Below the pieces are notes generated by a model. That model saw nothing but the letters and a program-made list of their open reading frames with translations. It was not told where the DNA came from and ran no database searches. A DNA stretch of 64,000 nucleotides from positions 71,302 to 135,301 of IMG/VR virus record IMGVR_UViG_3300027857_000001, one strand, 5' to 3'. Source of the stretch: a virus. Positions 55,647 to 64,000 of this stretch are shown in pieces (position 1 is the stretch's first letter; every line of letters begins with the position of its first letter). A program made the position numbers and the translations under genes.

Positions 55647-56613
55647 GTGACGATCCTCTTGTCGGTGCTGTATCCAGCAGGCCAGACACCGTACTGCACG
55701 GTGCCGGAGCTGCTGTCGGCACCGACATTAGACGGGCATCAGCTGGGGGAGCATCCCGCCCGGCAAGGACGCCACCGACCAGCAGAGACAGGCGGAGCAG
55801 ACCAACATCCTGCTCCGCGCGACGTCCCGTGCTGACGGCTACTGCAACCAGGTTCTCCGCGCGACGTCCGACCAGGAGACGGTGCAGGGACCGGACTACT
55901 ACCTGACCGTCCAGCCGGGCACCGGCAACGCGAAGGTGATCCTGTCCCGCTGGCCGGTCCTGACGGTCACCGGCATCCAGGTGAGCCCGAACACCTTCCC
56001 CCGCCAGTGGACGTCGCTGCCGGCCGGGATGTGGGACCCGGTACGTCCGGTCATCGGCATGTACGGGTCAGCCGCGCCGTCTGCGTCCGGCGAGGGCGGC
56101 CAGGCGGTGATATTCGGCGCCGGCTACGTGAACTGGTGCAACGGCAGGAACGGGTTCGCGGCCCGGGTCTCGTACGTGAACGGGTGGCCGCACACGTCGC
56201 TGACCCAGGCTGCCGCCGCCGGCGCGAGCACGCTGGCCGTCGATGACTGCACCGGGTGGGCCATCACCAGCGAGTCCGGGTTCACCGGGGCGGCAGGGAC
56301 CGTGTACGAGTCGGGGGCGCAGGAGACAGTCCAGGTGACGGCGGCGAGTGCCGCCTCGGGGCCGGGCACGCTCACGCTGGCCTCTCCGCTGGCCTACCAG
56401 CACGCGGCCGGGGTGATGGTGACGACGCTGCCGCAGTCGGTCATCGACGCGGTCATCCTGTTCTCCGCGGCGCAGGCGCTCCAGCGCGGCGCCACGTCCA
56501 CGACCGTCCACGCGATACCGGGCGGCCCGGGAGGAGGCGGCTCGATCGGCACCATCAGGGAGTACATCGCCGCCGGGCAGGCACTCCTCCACCCGTTCCG
56601 CCGCACTATCTGA
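55647..56613 (+). pseudogene. head-tail adaptor-like gene frameshifted by a 7-nt insertion near 55725-55731
   Basis: deleting ACATTAG joins ..PYCTVPELLSAP to TGISWGSIP..RADGYCNQ.. and onward to 56613. Confidence 0.7.
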
Positions 56614-56636
56614 GCCGGCCGGCAGGGTGGTGCACG

Positions 56637-57149
56637 GTGCCGATCGCGAGCGTCTCCGCCTACATCCGGGGGCTGCTGGACAGCCTGCCGATGCCGTCAT
56701 CGCTGCCGCCGATGCGCAGCTACATCACCCCGCCGGACCCTAACACCGAGGCCACCATCCCGACCGCCTACGTGTGGCCGTCCGAGATCGACGAATCCCG
56801 CGACTCGAAGACAGGCGGGACCATACCCCGCAACACCGGCCCCGGCACCCCGTCCGGCAGCAAGCCGCTCGCCCACGACATAGACGTCTTCATCGTCTAC
56901 ATGCTGCCTAACGACGACCCGCAGGCCGACTCGCTGTTCCCCGGCATCGTCGATGCCGCCATGGCGGCGCTGCGGACCAGCGCGGACAACGCGATCATCA
57001 CCGACCCGTGGACTGGTGCCCAGTCGCAGCTGTTCGGCGTCGGCGAGGTCATGCGGGGCCGGATCGTGGTCCGGGCGATGGCTGACCAGGCATTCAATCG
57101 TTACGACTGCCTGCTCTCGTGCCCTGTGCGTGAGCTGATCCAGGCGTGA
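56637..57149 (+). CDS. putative head closure/tail terminator protein
   Basis: position between adaptor and tail tube; length 170 aa. Confidence 0.55.
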   Translation: MPIASVSAYIRGLLDSLPMPSSLPPMRSYITPPDPNTEATIPTAYVWPSEIDESRDSKTGGTIPRNTGPGTPSGSKPLAHDIDVFIVYMLPNDDPQADSLFPGIVDAAMAALRTSADNAIITDPWTGAQSQLFGVGEVMRGRIVVRAMADQAFNRYDCLLSCPVRELIQA

Positions 57150-57183
57150 CACATGACGGCTCCGCGCTGCGTCCCGGTGAGGG

Positions 57184-57456
57184 GTGATGCCTGTGCTGTG
57201 CCGTTACTCCGGTGCTGACCAGCGGCACTACCCGGACTATCTCGACTCCGCTGCCGGGCGGACCCTGACGGCGGACCCAGGCGGCATCTACGACGTCGCC
57301 GTGGCGTCCGGCCGGAACCCGGGTCTCCTGCTGCCGCCCGGTGACGGCCGCTGGGTCCCCGCACCTCCGGCCCAGGCGGGCCGGCCGTCTCGAACCGCCG
57401 CCCGGCAGGCAGCCGCTGCCAGGGTGCCAGCCGCCACCCCGTACGAGGAGGACTAG
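57184..57456 (+). CDS. small hypothetical protein
   Basis: stop abuts the tail tube ATG. Confidence 0.55.
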   Translation: MMPVLCRYSGADQRHYPDYLDSAAGRTLTADPGGIYDVAVASGRNPGLLLPPGDGRWVPAPPAQAGRPSRTAARQAAAARVPAATPYEED

Positions 57457-58743
57457 ATGCCCATCGGCGGACCGGCCGTCGCGCCCAGCAACAGGTCATG
57501 GCTCGGGGTCGCCCGCGAGCTGACCGCAGGCACCGCGCTGCTGCCGACCAACACGATCCCGCAGGAAGCCCGCTCGTTCGCGCCCGAGGACACCCCCAGG
57601 TTCCTGCCTGACGAGGCAATCCGCGGATCACTGGCGCTCCGGTACGGCAACGTGCTCGGGCCGGAAGACGCCACGTTCTCCTTCGGCGGCCCCGCGTTCC
57701 TGGACACCTACGGGTTCCTTCTCGACAACATCTTCGGGGACCTGTCCACCGTGGGGTCTTCCCCCGCTAACGGGACATCCCTGAACGGCGCGCTGGCTGT
57801 TGGGGGCACGGTCGCGGTCCTGACGGGCGGCACCACCACCACCTACCCGAACGGCGGCACCGTCCAGATCGACTCCGGGGGAGTCTCCGAGGTCGTCATC
57901 CTCTCCCAGGCGTGGACCGGGGGGACCATAGCGTTCACCGGCGACCCTCTCCGGTTCGCGCACGCCAACGGCGCCACGGTGACAACCGTCACCAGCCCTT
58001 TCACCCACACGTTTGCGATGCTGAACTCGGCGCTCGGGTACGGCGGCATCACCGGGTCACAGCCACCCACCCACACGCTGACGGACAACACCAACCTCAA
58101 CTTCGCAGGCAGCCCCGGGACGAACACGTCCGGTGCCCGTGCCTACCCGTTCGCGTGCGTCTCCCAGTTCGACCTGACCCTCAACAGCGAGCAGCTCGTC
58201 TCGGCCAGGTTCCAGGGCAACAGCTTCCTGTCCCTCCCGGCGACGGCCGCCCCGACCAACACGGTGTCGACATCGCTGCCGGTCGCCGCGTGGCAGGCGT
58301 CGGTCTACATCGGCGGGACCGCCGCAGGCAACCAGGTCACGACGATCGGGGAACTGGCGATCTCCGTGAAACGGAAGCTGCAGGTCATCTGGACGCTCCA
58401 GGGCAACGCCAACCCGGCTGTCATCGCCCGCGGGGACCTGGACATCACGGGCACCCTGAACTTCACCGACCCTACGGACGAGACGCCGCTGAGCTACATG
58501 CTCAACAACACCCAGCCGCTCGTGTACGTAGTGCTCGACAACGGCCTCACCGGGGCCAGCCACCTCAAGGTCACGTTCCGGTGCAGCCAGGCGTCATTCA
58601 CCAAGGCGAAGCCGGAACGGGGCCAGATGCTGATGGCCTTCGCGAACCAGTGGGAGAGCATAGCCACGAGCGCGGACACGGGCGGCTCAGGCGGCCTGGG
58701 GCCAGGTGTGTTCACCCTGCTCAACTCGACTCCGACGTATTAA
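57457..58743 (+). CDS. major tail tube protein
   Basis: 428 aa, Thr/Gly/Ser-rich, upstream of the chaperone and tape measure genes. Confidence 0.8.
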   Translation: MPIGGPAVAPSNRSWLGVARELTAGTALLPTNTIPQEARSFAPEDTPRFLPDEAIRGSLALRYGNVLGPEDATFSFGGPAFLDTYGFLLDNIFGDLSTVGSSPANGTSLNGALAVGGTVAVLTGGTTTTYPNGGTVQIDSGGVSEVVILSQAWTGGTIAFTGDPLRFAHANGATVTTVTSPFTHTFAMLNSALGYGGITGSQPPTHTLTDNTNLNFAGSPGTNTSGARAYPFACVSQFDLTLNSEQLVSARFQGNSFLSLPATAAPTNTVSTSLPVAAWQASVYIGGTAAGNQVTTIGELAISVKRKLQVIWTLQGNANPAVIARGDLDITGTLNFTDPTDETPLSYMLNNTQPLVYVVLDNGLTGASHLKVTFRCSQASFTKAKPERGQMLMAFANQWESIATSADTGGSGGLGPGVFTLLNSTPTY

Positions 58744-58791
58744 CAGCAGTCAGGGGGGCGTAACGCCGGGAACGTGCTGCCTGCCGGGTCG

Positions 58792-59220
58792 CTATCCGCT
58801 GTGTACGGGGCTTCCCTGCTTCGCGCACCATGTCTTCACGGCGTTCTCTGCTTTCCCGAGCGCCTCGAAGTAGCCCGGCTCCGCGGGGCTGGAGTCTCCC
58901 GCGTCGCGCCACTGCTGCACGAGCGCCTGGAGGTGCGGGTCGGCGTTATAGGCGGCGTCCGTCACGAAGTCGTCCGTGCTGAGGGGCTGCCCGTACTGGG
59001 ATGCGTAGCTGGCTTCAATGGCGGGCGGGACGCCGCCGTTCAGCGCGTCGGAGAACGCGGTGCAGGCGTTCGCGTCGTCGTACGCGGTGACTGTGCGGGA
59101 TGCTCCTCCCCCTGGTGCGCGGGACTGTCCCGCTGCAGCGGCCTGGCGGGCGGCCGAGCATCCGGCCAGCAGGACAGCGGCAGCTCCCAGCGCGATGACT
59201 GCCGCCCGCCATGTACCCAT
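58792..59220 (-). CDS. lipoprotein (moron)
   Basis: signal peptide with lipobox LAGC; antisense to the tail operon. Confidence 0.75.
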   Translation of the reverse strand: MGTWRAAVIALGAAAVLLAGCSAARQAAAAGQSRAPGGGASRTVTAYDDANACTAFSDALNGGVPPAIEASYASQYGQPLSTDDFVTDAAYNADPHLQALVQQWRDAGDSSPAEPGYFEALGKAENAVKTWCAKQGSPVHSG

Positions 59221-59375
59221 ACGGCCCTCCGTGCGTCACTGCCGATAATCGCACAGCAGACCGCACACCGGGCACCGCTGAATCCTCCCGGAGCCCCGAC
59301 TGTGACCATCCCGCGACAATGCGCTTCACGGGCGGGACCCGGGCTGCGCAGATCAACTCGTCAGACAGGAGTTCC

Positions 59376-59804
59376 ATGCCACGTGCCGAGCTTCCCAGCG
59401 GTCACTGGGTTGACTACCGGGACAAGCTGATGGTCGCTGACCGGTTCGCTGTCCAGGACGCGCTCTCAGTCACCTACGAGACGCGGCCGGACGGCACCGA
59501 GACCCGCAGGCAGGCGGGCGCGGTGATGGAGCAGATGCGGGTCGCGCTGCTGAAGCAGATCATCACCGCATGGTCATTCCCCGGCGTCCCGGTGCCGGCG
59601 CAGAACATCGCGGACGCGGAAGAGTGCCTCGGGTCGGTGCTGGACCTCGACGACTACTACGCGCTGGCCGCTGAAGTCGAGCCGCTGTTCGAGGCCGTGA
59701 CGGCTGCCCCAAAAACCGTCGCGAGGAAGACGGCGCCAGCGGAGCCGGCGGCCGGCGGAGAGCCCGCGGCCGCGGTCGGCGGGGAGCCAGGGACAGGGAT
59801 GTAG
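59376..59804 (+). CDS. tail assembly chaperone G
   Basis: AGGAG RBS; position; slippery site C CCA AAA. Confidence 0.8.
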   Translation: MPRAELPSGHWVDYRDKLMVADRFAVQDALSVTYETRPDGTETRRQAGAVMEQMRVALLKQIITAWSFPGVPVPAQNIADAEECLGSVLDLDDYYALAAEVEPLFEAVTAAPKTVARKTAPAEPAAGGEPAAAVGGEPGTGM

Positions 59805-60058
59805 AGGACCTGGCGTCATGGCTGTTCACCCGCGGACAGCGGGGCGGCCTGCCGCCGGGGATGCCGCGGTGGATGCTGGACGTCGACACGTTCATGACGG
59901 CCTATCCCGGGCTGACGCCCGAAGACGTCAAGAGCATGGATCTCGACAGTTTCGACTGGCTGCCGGTGGTGCGCGAGGCGAAGGCTAGAGCGGAGCAGTG
60001 GCGTGCCGCAGCGGGCGACGGCCCCCAGTTCGCCCGGCACGGTCCCGGCGGTGGCTGA
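59708..60058 (+). other. -1 programmed frameshift (C CCA AAA, 59708-59714) giving the G-T chaperone ending at 60058
   Basis: -1 frame is open from the heptamer through ORF 59861-60058. Confidence 0.75.
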
Positions 60059-60455
60059 CCGCGTTCTCCCCGTCCTGTACCTGATGGCGCCGATGACCCT
60101 GTACTGGACGGCGGAGCTTGCTGCCGCCAGGGAGTACCCGTTCAGCGACCTGACCGGCTGCCCGGTGGAGGTCCGCTGCGCCGAGGGCATGTTCCCCGAC
60201 ACCAGGTCATGGCAGGAGGCGTGGCCGTACTGGCGGGAACATGCCGCCTTCGGGGTGTTCCTGGACCATCTCGGCGGGTGGGTACCGCGCGGCGTCGCCG
60301 CCGAGGTGACCGATCTCACGGCAATGGGGAAGCCTGTGTGGTGGTGGCACGGCGGCCAGCCGGCCCGTGATTTCCGGTTCGGGCCGGGCCGTCCCGGCGA
60401 CTGGCGGTACTGCTACCGGAGCGTCCACCTTCCCGGGGAGCAGGAGGCGCCGTGA
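60051..60455 (+). CDS. nucleoside 2-deoxyribosyltransferase-like (DUF4406-like) protein
   Basis: VLYLMAPMT ... GVAAEV..LTAMGKPV. Confidence 0.45.
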   Translation: MADRVLPVLYLMAPMTLYWTAELAAAREYPFSDLTGCPVEVRCAEGMFPDTRSWQEAWPYWREHAAFGVFLDHLGGWVPRGVAAEVTDLTAMGKPVWWWHGGQPARDFRFGPGRPGDWRYCYRSVHLPGEQEAP

Positions 60456-60928
60456 CTCCGGAGGAGAACATCGCGTACTGGCGGCACGTCAGGGACCGGG
60501 CGTCACGAGGCGCCGCAGCGGCAGCCGAGGCGATGGCCCGGTACATCGCGGAGCGGACCGCACGCGATACCCTGCAGCGCTCGTCACACGCGGCCGGCCA
60601 GTACTACAAGGCGGAAGACGGGGCACCCCCAGCGTCCGCGTCAGGGACCCTCGCCGGGTCGATGCGGTACAGCCGGGGCTCCGGCGCCCTGCGGGCGCGG
60701 GCCAGGGTGTGGAACGACGCCCCCCACGCGAAGCTCCTGGAGTGGGGCTGCGTCGTCGAGCCGTCGCAGGGCGCGGTGATGCACTGGGTGGACTCGGGCG
60801 GGTCCTGGTATCACGCGAGGCTGGTCGTCGACGCGCACCCGTTCCTGGGGCCGACGCTCGATGAGGCCGTCAGGGATGGCGGCCTCCGTGATGCGGCACT
60901 GGAGGGCTTCAGGCCGTACGACCCGTAG
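60452..60928 (+). CDS. HK97 gp10-like neck/tail completion protein
   Basis: PASASGTLAGS..HAKLLEWG..HPFLGP. Confidence 0.7.
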   Translation: MTPEENIAYWRHVRDRASRGAAAAAEAMARYIAERTARDTLQRSSHAAGQYYKAEDGAPPASASGTLAGSMRYSRGSGALRARARVWNDAPHAKLLEWGCVVEPSQGAVMHWVDSGGSWYHARLVVDAHPFLGPTLDEAVRDGGLRDAALEGFRPYDP

Positions 60929-60974
60929 AGCCGCTTTCCCCCGCAGGTGCGACGGTGCCGGGGCGGGGTGAGCC

Positions 60975-63900
60975 GTGCCGGGCAACCTCCCCGACGTCGA
61001 GCAGTCCTTCACCGCTGACGCTACCGGGTATGTCGGCCCTGTCGAGGACATGATCGCGGCCAACATCGCGTTCAGCGCGTCAGTCGACAGGGATGTGCTC
61101 GCCGCGGTCCGCAGGATCGACCAGGGGTTCCGGAGCCTCCCGGACGCGAAGGAGATCCGGGTCACCGCCGACGTGACCGGGGCGCTCGCAGACATCGCTG
61201 CTGTCCGTTCAGCGCTGGGCACCCTGCCGGCCTCGCGGGAAGTCACGGTCAGGGTCCGGTACGTGACTGAAGGTACCCCGCCTGAGGGGGGTGCACGGGT
61301 CACCGCGGCGCGGGCGGCACTGGGCGGCGATCCGGGGAACGCGGCGGAGATGACCCGCCTGCTGAACGAGCAGGCAGACGCGGCAGACCGGGCGGCAGCC
61401 GCGCTGGGGGCGTACTCGGCCCTGCGCGGCAGGATGCGGATCTCCGACGCCACGATCGACTCGGTCGGGCGCCTCACCGCGGCGCTGAACGACCTGAACG
61501 CGGCGTCCGCCGGCGCGGCGGTGCCGCTCGCCGTGGCTTCTGCCCTCCGCGGTTCCGGCGGCAGCCAGGCGGCGTCCGCTGCCGCTGCCGCCGCCATCGG
61601 GTCGGCCCTGGCTGGTGCCGGCACGGGCGGCCAGGCAGGTTCCGGCGCCACTGCCGCCGCTGTCGCTGCTGCTCTCGGTGCTGCCGGCGGCCCAGGCGGC
61701 GGCGGCGGTGCCGGCGGGGGGTTCGTCCCGTGGGCCGGCGGCGGCTGGCCGGCGGTGCGGTTCTGGGGGATGATGGCCGCCGAGATCTCCTCCACCTTCA
61801 TACCGGCGCTGGTCGCGGCGGGGTCGGCGGCGCTGGTCGGCGCGCAGGGGTTCGAGCAGCTCCGGACCCGCGCCCAGGCTGTCTACACGGTCTCGGAAGC
61901 GCTCGGCCCGGCCCTGAACCAGTCCCTGGGCGGGTTCCTGGCGGGCGGGAAATACGGGAACGCGCTGCAGGCCGCGCAGACCGCAGCTGAAGGCGGCGTG
62001 TACGGGCTGGCGGGAGCCGGGATCGCGCTGGTGCAGTCCGGGACCGGGCAGGGCCTGATCGGCCAGGGCACCTCGGCGCTGGCGATGCTGGACCGGGCGG
62101 CGGCGGCCACGGTGCTGAACATGACCGGCGGCGGGAAAGGCCAGCGGATCACGGACCTGCTCGGCGGCGGCACCGGGTACCTGCGGCAGTTCGGCGACAT
62201 CGGCGCGAACCTGGGGAACGTCCTGCTGAACCTCGGCCCGGACCTGCCCGGCGTCGGCGCCGGCCTGCTGTCGGGGCTGACCGGGGCGACCGGGGCGCTG
62301 TCAGCGGTCACGGGCGGCCTTCCCGGCCCGGCGCTCCAGGGATTCCTGTCGTATGAGGCGCTGTCACGGTGGGGGCCGGCGCTGCTCGGCGGCCAGGGGC
62401 TGATCGGCCGCATGCTCGGGCTCAAGGGGATCGGCGGTCTCGGCGGCCTGATCGGCAGGGCCGGAGAGGGGATCGCTGCCCGCGGGCTCGGCGGCGCGCT
62501 CGGCGACGTCGGCCTCGGCATAGCCGGGTTCGGTGATGCGCTCGGCGCGGCGACCGGTCCTGAGGTCGCGGTCCCCGGCGCCGAGCTGATGCTGGAATGG
62601 AGCCTGCTGAACAAGGGCTGGAACTCCCAGGCTGCGCTGCAGACGGTCGCGGGACTCCAGCAGCAGGTCGCCGGAGCGGGGTTCACAGGCGCGTGGCAGC
62701 CGCTCGGCCAGGCGATCACCAAGGTCACGGGCCTGGCCGCTGCCACGGCTGCTCCCCCGGGATTCGAGGACGGCGTCTCCCCCATGGTCCGCGGATCCAG
62801 GTTCGGGGCCGTCGAGGAAGGGCTGTACAGGCAGGCGCACGGCACGTACGTGCAGGCCGGTGCCGGGTTCACTGCCCAGTTCTCTGACTTGCTGAAGTCG
62901 GGCCCGCAGCTGATGAGCCTGATGCACGACGCGAAACTCAGCACCGTCTCGATGGCCGACGCGTTCCAGATCGCGCAGAACTCCCTGGTGAACCTGTCGG
63001 GCGCGTTCGACAGCACCGGGAAGTTCACCGGCACCGCGAGGCAGCAGATCATCGACTACCTCAAGGTCATCGGGCCGATGACCCAGTCCGGCGGCGCGTT
63101 CGGCGCCGCGGTGGCCGGCCAGCAGGTCATGTCGTCCGGGCAGATGAAGAACCTGCAGCAGGTCAACCAGGCGATGGACGCCATGACCCAGATCATGTCC
63201 GGCGGCCCGGCCGGCGAGGCCACACTCGCCGGGATGCTCGGCGGGTCACCGGTCACCACCCGCCGCGGCGGGTACACGCTGAACGCGCCGCCCGCATACT
63301 CGCAGATGGCGCAGGATCTCACCTCGTTCACGTCGGCGTCCGGGTCCGCGGCGTGGCGGTCGTTCGCCGGGCCGCAGGGACTGATCTCCGCCGAGCAGTC
63401 CAACCTGGACCAGCTCCGCACCGCGCTCACCCTCGGCGCCCTCACCCAGCCGCAGGCAGCCGGGCTGGCCGGGTACCAGATCCAGCAGCTCCTGCCCCTC
63501 GCGCAGAAGTCTCCGGCGGCACTGGCGATGCTGATGCAGCAGGGGAAGCAGATGGGCATCGGCAGCTACTACGACCCTTCCCGGTCTCAGGCCGCGAACT
63601 ACCGCAGCATGGTCTCGGGCCTCGCGAAGACCGCCTACACGCCGAAGCAGGTGGCCGCCGCGGAGACCGGGCAGACGATAGCCCTCGCGGACCTCCCTGC
63701 GGTAGCGCAGCAGTTCAGCCAGTCCCTGGCCGCACAGGTCGCCAGCCAGCAGGTCGCGAGCGCCGGGGCCGCGTTCCTGCAGCTCCAGGGGTCCGTCAAG
63801 GGCACCTCGTTCAGCAAGGGGGCCCTCAGCCAGCTGATCACCCAGATGCAGGGCGCCGGGCTCGCGGGCGGCGGCACCATCACCAGCGTGCTCAACTCGC

Positions 63901-64000
63901 TCCTGTCGAAAGGCGGCATCTCGCAGGCCGCCATCAAGGCGATCGACGTGCAGGTCAAAGCGGACACGTCCCAGGCGGCCGCGAAGATAAACGCGCTCAA
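60975..64000 (+). CDS. tape measure protein (3' partial)
   Basis: GTG 60975 opens an Ala/Gly/Gln-rich frame (VPGNLPDVEQSFTAD...) matching the frame at the window end; the reverse ORFs here are its antisense shadows. Confidence 0.85.
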   Translation, partial: MPGNLPDVEQSFTADATGYVGPVEDMIAANIAFSASVDRDVLAAVRRIDQGFRSLPDAKEIRVTADVTGALADIAAVRSALGTLPASREVTVRVRYVTEGTPPEGGARVTAARAALGGDPGNAAEMTRLLNEQADAADRAAAALGAYSALRGRMRISDATIDSVGRLTAALNDLNAASAGAAVPLAVASALRGSGGSQAASAAAAAAIGSALAGAGTGGQAGSGATAAAVAAALGAAGGPGGGGGAGGGFVPWAGGGWPAVRFWGMMAAEISSTFIPALVAAGSAALVGAQGFEQLRTRAQAVYTVSEALGPALNQSLGGFLAGGKYGNALQAAQTAAEGGVYGLAGAGIALVQSGTGQGLIGQGTSALAMLDRAAAATVLNMTGGGKGQRITDLLGGGTGYLRQFGDIGANLGNVLLNLGPDLPGVGAGLLSGLTGATGALSAVTGGLPGPALQGFLSYEALSRWGPALLGGQGLIGRMLGLKGIGGLGGLIGRAGEGIAARGLGGALGDVGLGIAGFGDALGAATGPEVAVPGAELMLEWSLLNKGWNSQAALQTVAGLQQQVAGAGFTGAWQPLGQAITKVTGLAAATAAPPGFEDGVSPMVRGSRFGAVEEGLYRQAHGTYVQAGAGFTAQFSDLLKSGPQLMSLMHDAKLSTVSMADAFQIAQNSLVNLSGAFDSTGKFTGTARQQIIDYLKVIGPMTQSGGAFGAAVAGQQVMSSGQMKNLQQVNQAMDAMTQIMSGGPAGEATLAGMLGGSPVTTRRGGYTLNAPPAYSQMAQDLTSFTSASGSAAWRSFAGPQGLISAEQSNLDQLRTALTLGALTQPQAAGLAGYQIQQLLPLAQKSPAALAMLMQQGKQMGIGSYYDPSRSQAANYRSMVSGLAKTAYTPKQVAAAETGQTIALADLPAVAQQFSQSLAAQVASQQVASAGAAFLQLQGSVKGTSFSKGALSQLITQMQGAGLAGGGTITSVLNSLLSKGGISQAAIKAIDVQVKADTSQAAAKINAL

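Noticed and set aside
60641-64000. Long reverse-strand ORFs (60641-61801, 61883-63052, 63056-63559, 63635-64000)
   Set aside because: Antisense shadows of the + strand tape measure frame, which has the GC3 bias and lacks a stop in the window
1-64000. Integrase, att sites, lysis genes, tRNA and rRNA
   Set aside because: No supporting motifs seen; they are probably outside the window if present

Overview
High-GC (~70%) actinobacterial tailed-phage or prophage sequence. No integrase, lysis genes, rRNA, tRNA or CRISPR array is visible in the window. From left to right it contains: (1) a regulatory block (SAM methyltransferase, XRE, GntR, WhiB); (2) an actinomycete conjugation (AICE/plasmid-type) module with FtsK/SpoIIIE TraB, accessory membrane proteins, an mIHF homologue and a DUF2637-like protein; (3) a leftward operon ending in an SF2 helicase with seven HA repeats; (4) a DUF3631-like gene and a probable small terminase; (5) an ~8 kb mostly leftward early region (DUF932, DUF6221-like) with two operator/promoter switches; (6) large terminase and a precisely delimitable tnpB-only IS200/IS605 element; (7) a portal-MuF-2H phosphoesterase polyprotein, a ParB-NUDIX fusion and a prohead protease/scaffold; (8) head-tail and tail genes, with the tape measure gene running off the right end. 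The main discovery is that the major capsid gene, which looks broken in the ORF track, is split by three group I introns (47502-47802, 47832-48107, 48396-49453). They flank a 29-nt micro-exon, and splicing at U|...G| junctions restores one 634-aa reading frame. The third intron carries an endonuclease ORF looped out of P8. All family assignments come from motif recognition by eye, not from database searches.
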